Of a stretch of DNA of 64,000 nt, positions 25,815-38,176 are shown one piece after another (the first letter of the stretch is position 1; each line of letters starts with the position of its first letter). The position numbers were made by a program, and so were the translations under genes. The DNA comes from Malacoraja senta (lineage: Eukaryota), in assembly GCA_038087875.1 (NCBI GenBank), contig CM075977.1:268150001-268214000 (forward strand), read 5' to 3'. The notes below the pieces were generated by a model. It saw only the letters and a program-made list of their open reading frames with translations. It had not been told where the DNA came from and did no database searches.

Positions 25815-26220
25815 CTTAGTTTAGAGATACAGTGTGGAAGCAGGGCCTTTAGCTCTCTGAGTCCATGCTGAGTGACAAGCTGTGGAGGCCAAGTCAGGAG
25901 TTATGGGGAGAAGGCACTTGAACAGCTTTAGGAGAGAGAGATAGATCAGCTATGATTGAATGGCAGAGTAGACGATGGGCCAAATGGCCTAATCCTATCC
26001 TATCACATATGACATGACAATTTACAATTTTTTACCAAAGCCAATTAATCTACAAACTTGTCTTGGAGTGTGGGAGGAAACCAGAGCACCCAGGGAAAGC
26101 CCACGCAGTCATTGGAAGCGTGTACAACATCCGTACAGACAGTACCCATAGTCAGGTTCTAACCCGGGTCTCTGGTGCTGTAAGGCAGCAACTCTACCGC
26201 TGCACCACTGTGCCTCCCCT
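25815..26220 (-). mobile_element. HE1-like V-SINE interrupted by a CR1 3' stub
   Basis: SINE head at 26170-26220, V domain, CR1 tail fragment at about 25875-26015. Confidence 0.7.
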
Positions 26221-26607
26221 GACTGTCAAGTTATGATCTAAAAATATATAGATAGGTAGCATATAGATAGGGTTGACAGTCTGAATCTTTTTCCTCGCAT
26301 GAAAAAAGCAGATAGTAGAGGGCATAGCTTTAAGGTGAGAGGGGCAGAGTTTAAAGGAGATGTGTAGGGCACGTTTTTCCACACAGAGGGTTGTGAGTGC
26401 CTACCCTCTGTGTGAGTGAGAACAAGCTGCTAGGGGTAGTGGATGAAGCAGATATGATAGAGGTATTTAAGAGACTTATGGATAGGCATATGGGTATGCG
26501 GGGAATGGAGGGATATGGTTAAGTGCAGGTGGATGGTCTTGGAATTATGTTTGGCACAGATGTTGTGGACTGAAGGGCCTGTTTTTGTGCTGTACTATTG
26601 TATGTGT

Positions 26608-28007
26608 AGGAAGGGTAGCCAATGAAACCCCACTTTTTAAGAAAGGAGGGAGAGAGAAAATGGGAAATTATAGACCAGTTAGCCTTACATCAGTAGTGGG
26701 GAAGATGCTGGAGTCGATTGTTAAAGATGTTATAGCAGTGCATTTGGAAAACAGTGACAGGATCGGTCAAAGTCAGCATGGATTTAAAAAGGGGAAATCA
26801 TGCTTGACTAATCTTTTGAATTTTTTTGAGGATGTAACATGTGGAATGGATAAGGGAGAGCCAGTGGATGTGGTGTATCTGGACTTTCAAAAAGCCTTTG
26901 ACAAGGTCCCACACAAGAAATTGACATGGATAGAGAACTGGTTGGCTGACAGGAAGCAAAGAGTAGGAATTAACGGGTCCTTTTCAGAATGGCAGGCAGT
27001 GACTAGTGGGGTGCCGCAAGGCTCGGTGCTAGGACCCCAGTTATTTACAATATATATTAACGATTTAGACGAGGGAATTAAATGTGACATCTCCAAATTT
27101 GCAGATGATACAAAGTGTGAGCTGCGATGAGGATGCTATGAGGCTGCAGGGTGACTTGGATAGGTTGGGTGAGTGGGCAGATGCATGGCAGATGCAGTAT
27201 AATGTGGAAAAAGAAAGTGGTTATCCACTTTGGTGGCAAGAACAGGAAGGCAGATTATTATCTGAACGATGTCAGATTAGGAAAAGGGGAGGTGCAACGA
27301 GACCTGGATGTGCTTGTACATCAGTCACTGAAAGTAAGCATGCAGGTAGAGCAGGCAGTGAAGAAAGCTAAAGGCATGTTGGCCTTCATTGCGAGAGGAT
27401 TTGTGTTTAGGAGCAAGGAGGTCCTACTGCAGTTGTACAGGGGCCTGGTGAGACCGCACCTGAGGTATTGTGTGGTCTCCTAATTTGAGGAAGGACATTA
27501 TTGCTATTGAGGGAGTGCTGCGTAGGTTCACCAGGTTAATTCTCGGAATGGCGGGACTGACATATGATGAAAGAATGGGTCGACTGGGCTTGTATTCACT
27601 GGAATTTAGAAGGATGAGAGAGGATCTATTAGAAACATATAACATTCTTAAAGGATTGGACAGGCTAGATGCAGGAAAAATGTTCCTGATGTTGGGTGAA
27701 TCTAGAACCAGGGGTCACAGTTTAAGAATAATGGGTGGGCCATTTAGGACTGAGATGAGGAAAAACTTCTTCACCCAGAGAGTTGTGAATCTGTGGAATT
27801 CTCTGCCACAGAAGGAAGTGGAGGCCAATTCACTGGATGTATTCAAGAAAGAGTTAGATATAGCTCTTGGGGCTAAAGGAGACAAGGGATATAGGGAAAA
27901 AAGCAGGATCGGGGCACTGATTTTAGACGATGAGCCATGATCATATTGAATGGCGGTACTGGCTCGAACGGCCGAATGGCCTACTCCTGCACCTAATTTT
28001 CTCTGTT
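26608..28007 (+). mobile_element. CR1 LINE, 5'-truncated, frameshifted RT
   Basis: ORFs 26585-27130 NYRPVSLTS...[13 protein letters not shown]...[10 protein letters not shown]...KFADDTK, 27151-27483 and 27470-27940; CR1 3'UTR. Confidence 0.95.
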
Positions 28008-28009
28008 TA

Positions 28010-28510
28010 CACTGAAGATAGACTCAAAATGCTGTAGCAACTAAAAGGGTCAGGCAGCATTTCTTGAGAAAAGGAACAGCTGTACTAGGATTAGGAAAAG
28101 GCCAGACAAATCAGGGCCAGTAACAGATGACCAAGGAAGGGTGGAGCCCATAATGGCCCATTGTTTGTTGGGGAAGAGGTGGTAACAAAGGGATGCAGGT
28201 ATGTGAACAATGGAGCCAGTAGGATGACTAGGGTGGGGGGAGAGAGGTAATGCAGGGGTTACTTGAATTTAGAGAAATCAATGTTCATAACGCTGGGTTG
28301 TAAGCTGCCCAAGCGAAATATGAGGTGCAGTTTCTCCAATTTGTGTGTTGCCTCACTCTGACAGTGGAAGAGGCCCAGGACAGAAAGGTCAGTGTGGGAA
28401 TGGGAAGGGGAGTTAAAATATTTGGCAACTGGGAGATCGCGTAGGCCAAAGTGGATTGAGGGTAAGCGTTCAGCGACACGATCGCCCAATCTGCGCTTGG
28501 TCTCGCCGAA
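28010..28510 (-). mobile_element. Penelope 3' fragment (GIY-YIG C-terminus)
   Basis: ORF 28259-28489 LGDRVAER...DLPVAKYFNSPSH...HLIFRLGSLQP. Confidence 0.85.
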
Positions 28511-29188
28511 ATTAAGAGCGGAACCATGGGAAACAGAGGGAGCTACAAGATTCTCTGGATACTCTGTATCCTGTAGTTCTGCTCTTGCTCCCCCCCCCCC
28601 ATCACAACAGGGACAGTCACCTTAGTCCTCACCTTTCATCCCATCAGCCGTGCATACAACACATCATCCACTGACATTTTTGCCACCTCCATCGGGATCC
28701 AACAACTAGTCACATCTTCCCAACATCCACCCCTTTCAGCTTTTTGCAGAGACCATTCCCTCTGCAATTATGTAGGATGCTGGTTTAGACTGAAGATAGA
28801 AACAAAATGCTGAGTAAAAGCCCTGTCTCACTGTGCGAGCTGACCCACGAGGTACCCCGAGTGAAAGACTCATCGAAGTGTACGAGATTCCAAGTGTATG
28901 ATCAAGAGTTTAACCGAGTTCCCACGGGTATGACTAAGTTTGCCGTTTACTTGTCATTTCTGCGATGTTCCAAGTTTGTCTCCCGAGTTACCAAGTTCCT
29001 CTCCCGAGTTACTCTTGAGCCAACCTTGAATGAAGGTCTGTTTTAATAAGCAACAGTGTTAAAGAAGACATCTCCATCCTGCGGCTTTGAGTTAAAATAG
29101 AATTCAGCGCGGCCGCATCTATTGATATGACCTACAAAGGGAAAATGCGCACCGTCCAGTGCAGTTATACTTATGATTTGTTTGAAAC

Positions 29189-29570
29189 AATAGCAGTGAG
29201 GAAGAAGCATTCTCACGTCTACACCAGTGACAAACCGTACAACTGTAAAGTAAGAGGCTGCGACAAGTCATACACTCACCCTAGTTCTCTTCGCAAACAC
29301 ATGAAAGTTCACTGCAAATCTCCTCCCCCTCCCGTTAGCTCAGGCTATGAGCTTTCAAACACATCCCTGGGGATGGTGTCCTCAGACGCAGAGACAGTCA
29401 GGGGCCGCACTGCCAGCGTGTCCTCGCAAGTAACTAACCTCAACGAATGGTACATCTGTCAGGGAAGCGGGGCGGCCAACAGCCTGCACGCACCTTCCAA
29501 CAATGGCACCTCGTCCGACACCGAGGATGAGGAAGTTTACACGAACTCTGATCCCAGAACTATGCTCTGA
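29189..29570 (+). pseudogene. zic5: Truncated last coding exon of a Zic4/Zic5-group C2H2 zinc-finger gene (tail most like Zic5)
   Basis: [44 protein letters not shown]...[12 protein letters not shown]...TEDEEVY; lacks the first half of ZF4; 2-nt deletion in NSSDR (AAT AGC AGT GA-- GG); ZF4 His ligand CAC>TAC at 29220. Paralog (zic5 vs zic4/zic6) not certain. Confidence 0.85.
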
Positions 29571-30960
29571 CATAGGTGCGTTGGAGAAGTGTGCAAGTGG
29601 GCAAGAGTCAACGCAGGGTTAGTGGCAATGGAGCCCATCAACTAAAGGCAGCTAGGATGTCCAATGATGACCATCTTACACCAGCTAGATTCAAACCTCG
29701 TAGGAAAGGAATTTAAGGGCTAAGTATCGGTTCTTAGGCAACATTTTGGCCTCCGTGTCAGTCAGAATTATTGTGTGTACTTCGAGGTAAAAGAGAATCG
29801 CTATCTCATTTACTTTCAGACTATAGATATTGATTTTCTGAAATCAGACGTGACTTAAATAAATAAAACATATCATCAGACCCATTTCGGACTGGCAATA
29901 GAATCTTCGACCCACGAGAAACACCTCGCTTCTTGGAAGTGATACATACATAGCCGATCTTTGCTTACTCCCAAATTAGAGACCATTGTCCGAAAGAAGG
30001 GAAATTCTACAATTCTGTGAAATATTCATGACTCCAATCCCTGGAGGGAATCAAAACGGCCATAGCCTTGTGTTCAGTGAAATGACACAGTGCCACTACG
30101 TTCGGCAACGAAGCACAAGTGACATTCTATTTACACATCCCTAACATACAAAGCTGAATTCGGACTTTCCTGCTATATGTGAAAAGAGTCTTCTATCAGT
30201 AAGAGTGAAACTCACAAGGACTCTATTTGACCCTGAAATCAGAATCGACAATATCTCAACCCTTAAATCCAAGAGCTCTAGGATTCTTTTGTGTGATCTT
30301 CTGTCCGTCATGGTAAAGTCAAAAATCGCATATTTTACACATAATTATTCAGGCCTTCAGACAAACAAACTAAAGAGCACTAATATGTCCTTAGAGGCCA
30401 GAAGATGCAAAAATGACAGGCCTGTCCCTGTAGGATTTGTACATCATTGTTGTGGGCAGCAAGTCGTTGATGTAATCGTTAGCTATCTTAAGATTTTGTC
30501 CAGAAATGCTCTTTTATTTGTAAACTATAATTTATTTGCTGATGTGTCATATCTTTCTGCGATAGTACAGACACACCAAAGAATTATATTATTACGTTTG
30601 TTGCGGTATTGTGGTGTTTATGAATCTGTGGTTTCGTCAGACAATTTAATTTTTGATTAATTGAATGAAATGTAAAATGTGAAAAGTAAAATATGTGATT
30701 GTTTATTTCCACTCAGTGGTGGTTAATCGTTGTAACTACAGTATTGGTCCATGTTATGATCATGATGCATGTTGCAGCCATCTTGTATTTCCCTTGCATT
30801 GACAAACGCCACCCAGAACTCCTGATTGAAAAAAAATGCAACAAAGACAGTTCCTTTATTGAAATGAATGGTCCACGTGTACTTTGTGTTTCAGTGAAAG
30901 AGGTTAAACCGTGTGACAGTGTATTTTCCAATTGTGAATAAAGAGATATTGTTTTTCCTC
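29571..30960 (+). other. Zic 3'UTR with polyadenylation signal
   Basis: Repeat-free 1.4 kb after the stop codon; AU-rich block at 30510-30545; AATAAA at 30937-30942 followed by a T/GT-rich tract; no poly(A) tail. Confidence 0.65.
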
Positions 30961-31765
30961 TGTTTTAATAATCGTATTCCATATTAAATGTCTAAATCCT
31001 AACAAAATGTCAAAACGTGATTTTTTTTGCGGGGTCTGCGGATGTAGCAACACTCAACTCGATCTTTGATAGTGAAGAATCGAGTAATCTCAGCCAATGA
31101 TGGAAAGCCAGATGATTTCAGGCCCCGGGAGTGAGTTTTATGTTTATATGTTTATTGTTGCACAAGGACCTCTGCCTCTGTGCAAATATTTACCTGTTCA
31201 ATGGCAGAATGGGAGACATGTAAGAGGCAGGTTGAAGAAGCTACCTGGATACAATTGGCAGCCGGATGTAAAACAGTTCACAATATTATCTGTAATCGTT
31301 ATTTGAAAACGACATAAAAAAGGCAAGCAGAAAAGTCACATTTGTTTTCGGAAATCAAAATATTCTGGAGTCCAAAATTGCAGGGAAACTGGGAGATATA
31401 TTGGTTGAGGCAAAATCAAGATTTAACGAAGATTCCCGATTTACAAATCCGGTCGCAGTACATGAATATACCGAACTGTTTTAATATCTCCACATTCAGT
31501 TGTAACCTCGCCCCACAAATGTTACACTTGATGATTTACATTTTATTGCACGGTCGCCCCCCGCAGCGCACAAAACCAAAATGCAGCATCAAAAACAATG
31601 CGGCAAAATACATCGTTTCCGCAATTCAATTTCTGATTGTCACAGTTCTAGATATGATGACGTTTTTCAAAATTCATCATCCGTCTCAGAGGAACTGAAT
31701 TTGTCTTAAAAGGATCATAATGGATATTTAAATTATTATCGTCGACTTTATGTACGTTATGGATG

Positions 31766-32777
31766 TAGCAATGTTACAAAATTTTGAGATTTAAAAAATA
31801 AAGTCTGCAATTTATCCCATCAGATAAAGCATAAACAGAAGTTTAATTTGACACCCAATTCACTTTCATATCTTCAGTATTAAAAATATTATGGACATTT
31901 TCATACTCGGAAATTAGCATCTTGTTCCCTATTGCTTTTCCATTGACTTAACACAAAAGCTGTGATCGAGGACAGTCAAAAGCCCATAACTTTCTTAAAA
32001 ATTAAGAGAACTGAAATAAATTTTCAATTATAGATTGAAGCATTCTGAAACAAATATGAAACAATCTTACTTAGATGACATGAAATTAAAGCATATAATT
32101 AGTTAGTTACCTAATTGTAGCTAATTACAAAATTCAATTACTAGATCTAAACATCTATCAATTTCTTAAGAATAGATTAACATTTTTAAATGGCATAAGT
32201 GTCCAAATAACATTCACACAATAATTCACAATATAACATAATTTTTAAATCTCATTGTCATGAATTTACAGGCCAAATGGAAGGAATTAAATTAAATCAT
32301 CTTGTGAGTGAGGATTTCTGGAACGCGATCTTTTGGAACGTTGCTTTGCGGTGAATTTAACCCCGTATTGGCATGAAAATTATTGCCGTTAGTTCGGGGG
32401 AAAAAATCACCGTGTCGCATGTAAAAATGTGAATTAAAGGCCTCTTAAGGAGAAGGTTTATACATAAAAATAAACAACTTTCGTTTACCTGTCCCGTGTG
32501 TGAAATCCGTCCCCGTTGTTGGCGTTGACGGCTTCAGAAGATGATTTTAAAATGATTCCAACGCTGAACTTGTCGGGAGATTTTTAAAACAAAATACTCA
32601 AAACGCCCCTCGGAACGATTCTTCCGCAAAAGCTTGTACTCCAACAAAATATAATTCAGGACAACGTAGGAGAAACCCACGTTTTAACCCCGCCCGCCCC
32701 TTAAAGGCGCCAAAATCGCGCACACGGCCAGTGACAGAATTACAGTGCCGCTGAAGGCAAGTATTGTAACATACCTA
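31766..32777. mobile_element. Non-autonomous TIR DNA transposon with 7-bp TSD
   Basis: Termini TAGCAATGTTACAA...TTGTAACATACCTA; ATGGATG duplicated at 31759-31765 and 32778-32784. Confidence 0.75.
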
Positions 32778-34774
32778 ATGGATGGTATATCCCATGTACC
32801 GCTGATCGCGCGCTTCAGGGTCACCTTGTGAAGGTGGATATCATACCACCTAAAAGCGCTGGAGTTACACAAAGACACAGCAGAAATTTGGAAATGTCAT
32901 CCCATCACACATTCCTTCTCTCCAGAGATGCTGCCTGCCCGCTGAGTTAAAGAGTTCCCACGGTAGACTCACGAGTCACTAAGGTAAACGCACGGGCCAC
33001 TACGTTCTTACAACGTGTTTAAATGTTTCAAATTTTAACCTCAAGAGTACATTTTACTAGTGGAAAAGTTTAAACATGTTTTAACTTTTTCAAGAGTTAA
33101 CAAGTTTCACGGGTACCTGCCGTTAGCGCCAAGAGTCGCTAAGTTGCGTCCACGAGTTTCGACGTTCCTGCTACGTTAATTGTACGTGATTACCATGAGT
33201 TAAATTTGTTTTAAACTCGTGGTACCTCGTGGGTCACCTCGCACAGTGAGACAAGGGTTTTACTCCAGCATTTTGTGTGTATTCTCTCTGTAACTCCCTG
33301 GTTAACTCATCTCTTCCCACTCAAACCACCCACTCCCCAGGAACTTTCCCCTGCAACCACAGAATTGCAACACCTGTCCCTATGCCTCCTCCCTTAACTC
33401 AATCTAGGGACCCCAACAGTTCTTTCAGGTTAGGTTAACTTGCAACTCCTCCAACCTCATCTACTCTATCCATTGATCTCGCTGTGGACTGCTAAATATC
33501 AGTGAGACCAAGTGCAGACTGGGCGATAGTTTTGCTGAACACTTACACTCAGTCCACTTTGGCCTACACGATCTCCTGATTGCCAAACATTTTAACTCCC
33601 CTTCTCATTCCCACACTGACCTTTCTGTCCTGGGCCACTGTCAGAATGAGGCCACATGCAAATTGGAGGAAAAGCACCTCATATTTTGCTTGGCCCCCTC
33701 TACTTTCAGTCTAAAAAAGGGTTCTGACCCAGAACGGCACTTGTTTCTTTTCTCCAGAGGTGCTGCTGACCTGCTGAATTGCTCCAGCACTTTGTGTCTA
33801 TGCTGTCCTTTGTGTCTATGCTATGGAAAGCAAAACTAAAAATAACCTCAACACACACTTTTCAGGAGTTAAGTTAGCAAACAATTCGATCTGAAAAGCA
33901 TGGCAGAAATTTGGAGAACTCTTCCATAATTACGTCTTGTCAAATGTTGCTAATTTCAGATTTGTGGCTGAAAGCTGTTCGCTAACCAAAGATATTAAGT
34001 TTGAGTCACAAACCAGTGTTCATAGTGAAAGGTGAAAGGTGTACATACACAAGGATATAAATGGCACGCACATTCATGGTCTTGTGTTCCCATTGAAATA
34101 AGTAAACCATTATTGAATAGATTTTTACAATGTGGACATTTTGGAATTGCTTGCTTACTTGAATTAATTAATGTTCTTCAAATATTTCAGTACTTCATGA
34201 AAGTGGCTTAATCAATCAGTAAGGTTAATTAAGAATGGAAACATTTTGAAGCATACATATATATTTTGATGTAGATAGTTAATTACTAAATTCGACAATG
34301 CAGCAAACCTAGTCCCTGACTACTAAGAAATAAATATTTGATACAAGTTATTGCCCAAAACAGGAGAATATTAGTTTTAAATATATGCAGGGATTTTTGA
34401 AATTCAAATTGGGGTGGGGGGTCAATATGAATTTTCAATAATTCTTATTCCCTTACATATTTTATACTGTATGTGTTGACTATATAAGAGGAGGGCATGA
34501 TCTTAGGGGTGGAGGAGATGGAATGATAGAAATGGCAAACCGATGGAGGTATTAGAACATCTTGATGAGACTTAAAATGGAGATAGAAGACGAACCGAGC
34601 TGATAAGCCAGTGCTTCCTTGCGTTTCAATAAAGATCTGTTCTGTTTCTCTTGTCTAAAGACAAGTCAATTATGCTCCGTTTTAAAAATAAATTGGCATG
34701 AACTTGCTCCATGACTGCTGAATATTAATGAAAGTTTAACAGTATAAAGCGCTGGAATGTAGACTTGTTCAGCA

Positions 34775-35095
34775 GCCACAGTGGCACAGCGGTAGAGTTG
34801 CTGCCTTGCAGCGCTTGCAGCGCTGGAGCCCCAGGATCGAACCCAGCTACGGGTGCCATCTGTATGGAGTTTGTACGTTCTCCCTGTGACCGCATGTGTT
34901 TTATCAGAATTCTTCGTTTTTCTCCGAGATCTTCGGTTTCCTCCCCCACTCCAAAGACGTACAGGTTTGTAGGTTGATTGGCTTAGTGTATGTGTAATTT
35001 GTCCCTAGTGTGTGTAGGATAGTGTTAATGTGCGGGGATTGCTGGTCGGTGCCGACTCGGTGGCCTGAAGGGCCTGTTTCCACACTGCATCTCTA
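34775..35095 (+). mobile_element. HE1-like V-SINE, full length
   Basis: A/B-box-like head GTGGCACAGCGGTAGAG...GGATCGAACCC; V domain GAGTTTGTACGTTCTCCC; CR1 tail. Confidence 0.88.
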
Positions 35096-36064
35096 AAAAA
35101 ACATAAGTAACTGCAGATGCTGGTTTACCAAAAAAGATGCCATGTGCTGGAGTAAAAAGGATAGGTAATGTTTTGGCTCAGGACCCTTCTTTAGACAGAT
35201 TTTAGTAGGGGCAGAATGTTGAAAGAGAGGTTGGGGGCTGGATAAAGCCTAGCAAATGATAGGTGGATACAGGTGAGGGTTGGGGGCGGGGGGGGGGGAG
35301 GGGTTGACTGGCAGATGTGTGGACAAAGTCCAGAGATAAAAAGACAAAATGTGTGAGATAAGGACATGAGGACGGAAGAGGCGAGAAATGAGGTCAGTAT
35401 AAAGCTCTAATCAGTTTCTCTCTCCATAGATGTTGTTGGTTTATTTCCATCATTATCTGCTTATTTACCACATTTACAAAATTTGCCCTCAGCAAAATAG
35501 GTTTTCAATTGTTTGTTGGTCCCTATTCTTTTCTGTTTGCTAGTTATAAATTGGCAACAACATGTGCATACATCACAGTAGCCTTTTGAAAGAAAGATGG
35601 AAAAGTCATCAGGCACTCTGCACTTGCTCTTGGTGAAACTAATGTAGCATTTTTAGGATTCTAATTCCTCTGGCCTCCTAGAGTGAGAACAGTATCTTCA
35701 AAATGCTGTGGTAATGATGTAAATTCCATATCTGATCACAAATTAAGCCATTATAATTTGAATATTACAAAATAAGCTTGCTTATAAGCTCTCTTGGGAA
35801 AGGAGAAAATTGGAAAATATAGTTGTATTGAGCAATAATAGAGCAGTTTTTGCTGGAAGAGGTTATTTTATGGTTCATAAAGTTAATTAAACCAGTCTCT
35901 TCACTTCAGCTCAATATACTTACTTTTCTGGAAGTGCATTGTAGTAACAGCGTAACAGGAGACTCGACCCATCTCAGACTGTAACATGATTATGAAACAT
36001 TTAGAACAATAGGAATGGATGAGATTGGGATCCCCTTCAAGATTTCCAATCATGCATTCAAGTC

Positions 36065-36340
36065 AGGGCGGCACGGTGGCACATCTGGGTTCGATCCTGA
36101 CTTTGGGTGCTGTCAGTAAGGAGTTTGTACGTTCTCCCTGTGACTGCATGGGTTTTCTCCGGGTGCTCCAGTCTCCTCCCACACTCCAAAGACGTGCAGG
36201 TTTGTAGGTTAATTAGCTTCAGTAAAGATTGTAAATTGTCCCTAGTGTGTAGAATAGTGTTAGTGTATGGGTTGATTACTGGTCGGCATGAACTCGGTGG
36301 GCTAAAGGGCCCGTTTCCGTGCTGTATCTCCTAAGTCTAA
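36065..36340 (+). mobile_element. HE1-like V-SINE
   Basis: GGTTCGATCC B box, V domain, CR1 tail. Confidence 0.85.
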
Positions 36341-38176
36341 AGTTTAACCAAATCTTCCCTCTAACCAAATCTAAGCCATTGCCTGTGAAGTATCACCATC
36401 GCCTGGGTTAAAGTGTATAGGCAACTGTGTGTGCAGTTTTGCTTCTCACAACACTCTCCATGGTGTCGACGGAGGGCAATCTCATGGCATTGATTACTGT
36501 GGTGTGGGAACTATTCCTATAACAGCTTGAACACGACTGTCACGTTCTCACTGCAGTTTGGCGGAATGGGTAGTAACGGCATTTAACATGTAAAAATCCG
36601 AGGGGAATGAAACGTAACAGAAAATGCTTGAAAACATTCAGTAGAACAAATGGCATCAGCGGAACGAGAAGCAGAGTTAATGATCTGATGCCCTTTATTG
36701 AACCAAGAGGGATTCCAAGAAGGATTTACAGGTCTGAAACCAAGAACATGCCTCCACCTGCTACAGGGTCCAAAGAAGATGGCACAGGATAAAAGCATTG
36801 ATCAGTTTGGATTGAGTTGAAGGGGAATTTAAAGAAACAGGTGATAATAAATCAGGGGACCAGGCAGCAAACTGGATGAAATGCAACATCGGTCATGAGA
36901 TTATTGAATGGCAGAGCAGTATAGGACGGTCACATTGCCTAATCCTGCTCCTATTTATTAATACTCTTTATTCTTGGATGCTCCCTGATGCATAAAAGTG
37001 TCTTTGGTCTCCAGTTCAAAGAATCTGCTGCCTTTAAGAGATCTTCCACTGACACTCTTATAGAACGGTTGCTTCCTCCAGCTAAGCAGGGACTTGAAAA
37101 GTGGTTTTCACATTTTTTTAATTGCGTCTGGGACAGGATTGCAGTCCCTGTTCGCGATGACAGAATTAAATAACAGGCAGAACAATGCTGCTGTTATATA
37201 TAATTTCCTTTGAGTAATATTGCTTTACTTGAACTGGAAATAATCACACCATCAAAATTACTGCACTATGATGCGGTTGAAAATTCTGCTATATTCTATC
37301 ATGACCGAGCAGCCACATCCATGATGCGAATTCAATAGCAACACGTAATTACTTATTGTAGCACCATACAAGTAAAAGACTGTATTACCTTTGGATAATA
37401 TTCTTCTTATATTTTCTCGGCAAATAAAGTTGATTTCGGCTATATTTAATTTCATTACCCTGTACATGTCCTTACCTCGAACCTATGCCTCAATGTTAAC
37501 CGTCTCTCCCAGTATCCAGTGTTTTATCATCTACAGATTAGAACCCGTCCAGATACTCACTCATGTAGCATTGATTCTTCTCAGTGTCATGCATAGGATA
37601 ATTGATTCCCAGAGTGGAACATGATTGTAACCACTTCTGAGTTGAAATACATCACCTGGAAAGTTGACTGGGTACAGCCAAGGTTCACCCTTGTACCAGA
37701 TGATGTATTTTCTACTCGCATGCACATCGAATACTATTTGTGGAACAATACAGTTTAGAGCACTGGTGGCAGAAACGGGCTGACATTTTTGAGAAATTGT
37801 ACTGTCATTGGACAGGGAGAATCGTTCAGGTTTGCAGAGTTGCCTTTCTCTTGCTGAGTGAACCCAAATGAACACCAGCTTTTCATGTTTGAAACTTTTA
37901 TATTTCACTGAGCATTGGTGACTGTTTCTGCATTTTGTGCGCAGCGGTAGAGTTGCTGCCTTTTACAGCAGCAGAGACCCTGGTTCGATCCTGACTACAG
38001 GTGATGTCAGTGCAGAGTTTGTATTTTATCCCTGTGACCGCGCAATTTTCTCCAGGTGCTCTGGTTTCCTCCCATATTCCAAAGACTTTTCTGGTTTGTA
38101 GGTTAATTGTCCGAGGTAAAAATCATAAAATTGCCCCAAGTGTGTAGGATAATGTTATTGTACGGGATGATGGCTG

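Larger units (their letters stand above)
28818..33259. mobile_element. PIF/Harbinger-like TIR-bounded composite carrying a Zic gene fragment
   Basis: 45-bp inverted repeats 28818-28862 and 33215-33259 (41/45 identical), abutting TAA (left) and TTA (right); CGAGTT-rich subterminal repeats; TIR resembles that of the MITE at 55787. Confidence 0.75.
28590..33800 (+). mobile_element. Penelope fragment split in two (28590-28767 and 33281-33800) by a 4.5-kb insertion
   Basis: The halves are contiguous when compared with the uninterrupted copy at 10690-10790 (-); ATTCCCTCTGCAA (28755-28767) and ATTCTCTCTGTAA (33281-33293) match at 11/13. Confidence 0.85.

Noticed and set aside
29127-29570. Functional terminal exon of an intact Zic gene
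   Set aside because: The GEKPFKC...FA start of the exon is missing, there is a frameshift and a lost His ligand, no upstream exon is visible, and the segment lies inside an insertion
30205-30941. ORFs 30205-30660 and 30699-30941
   Set aside because: Non-ATG starts, no domain, lie within the inferred 3'UTR
29189-30960. Processed Zic retrocopy
   Set aside because: No poly(A) after AATAAA; non-repeat sequence continues for a further 0.8 kb or more before the nested element
34775-34860. tRNA genes at SINE heads
   Set aside because: tRNA-derived SINE promoters followed by V domain and CR1 tail, not cloverleaf genes
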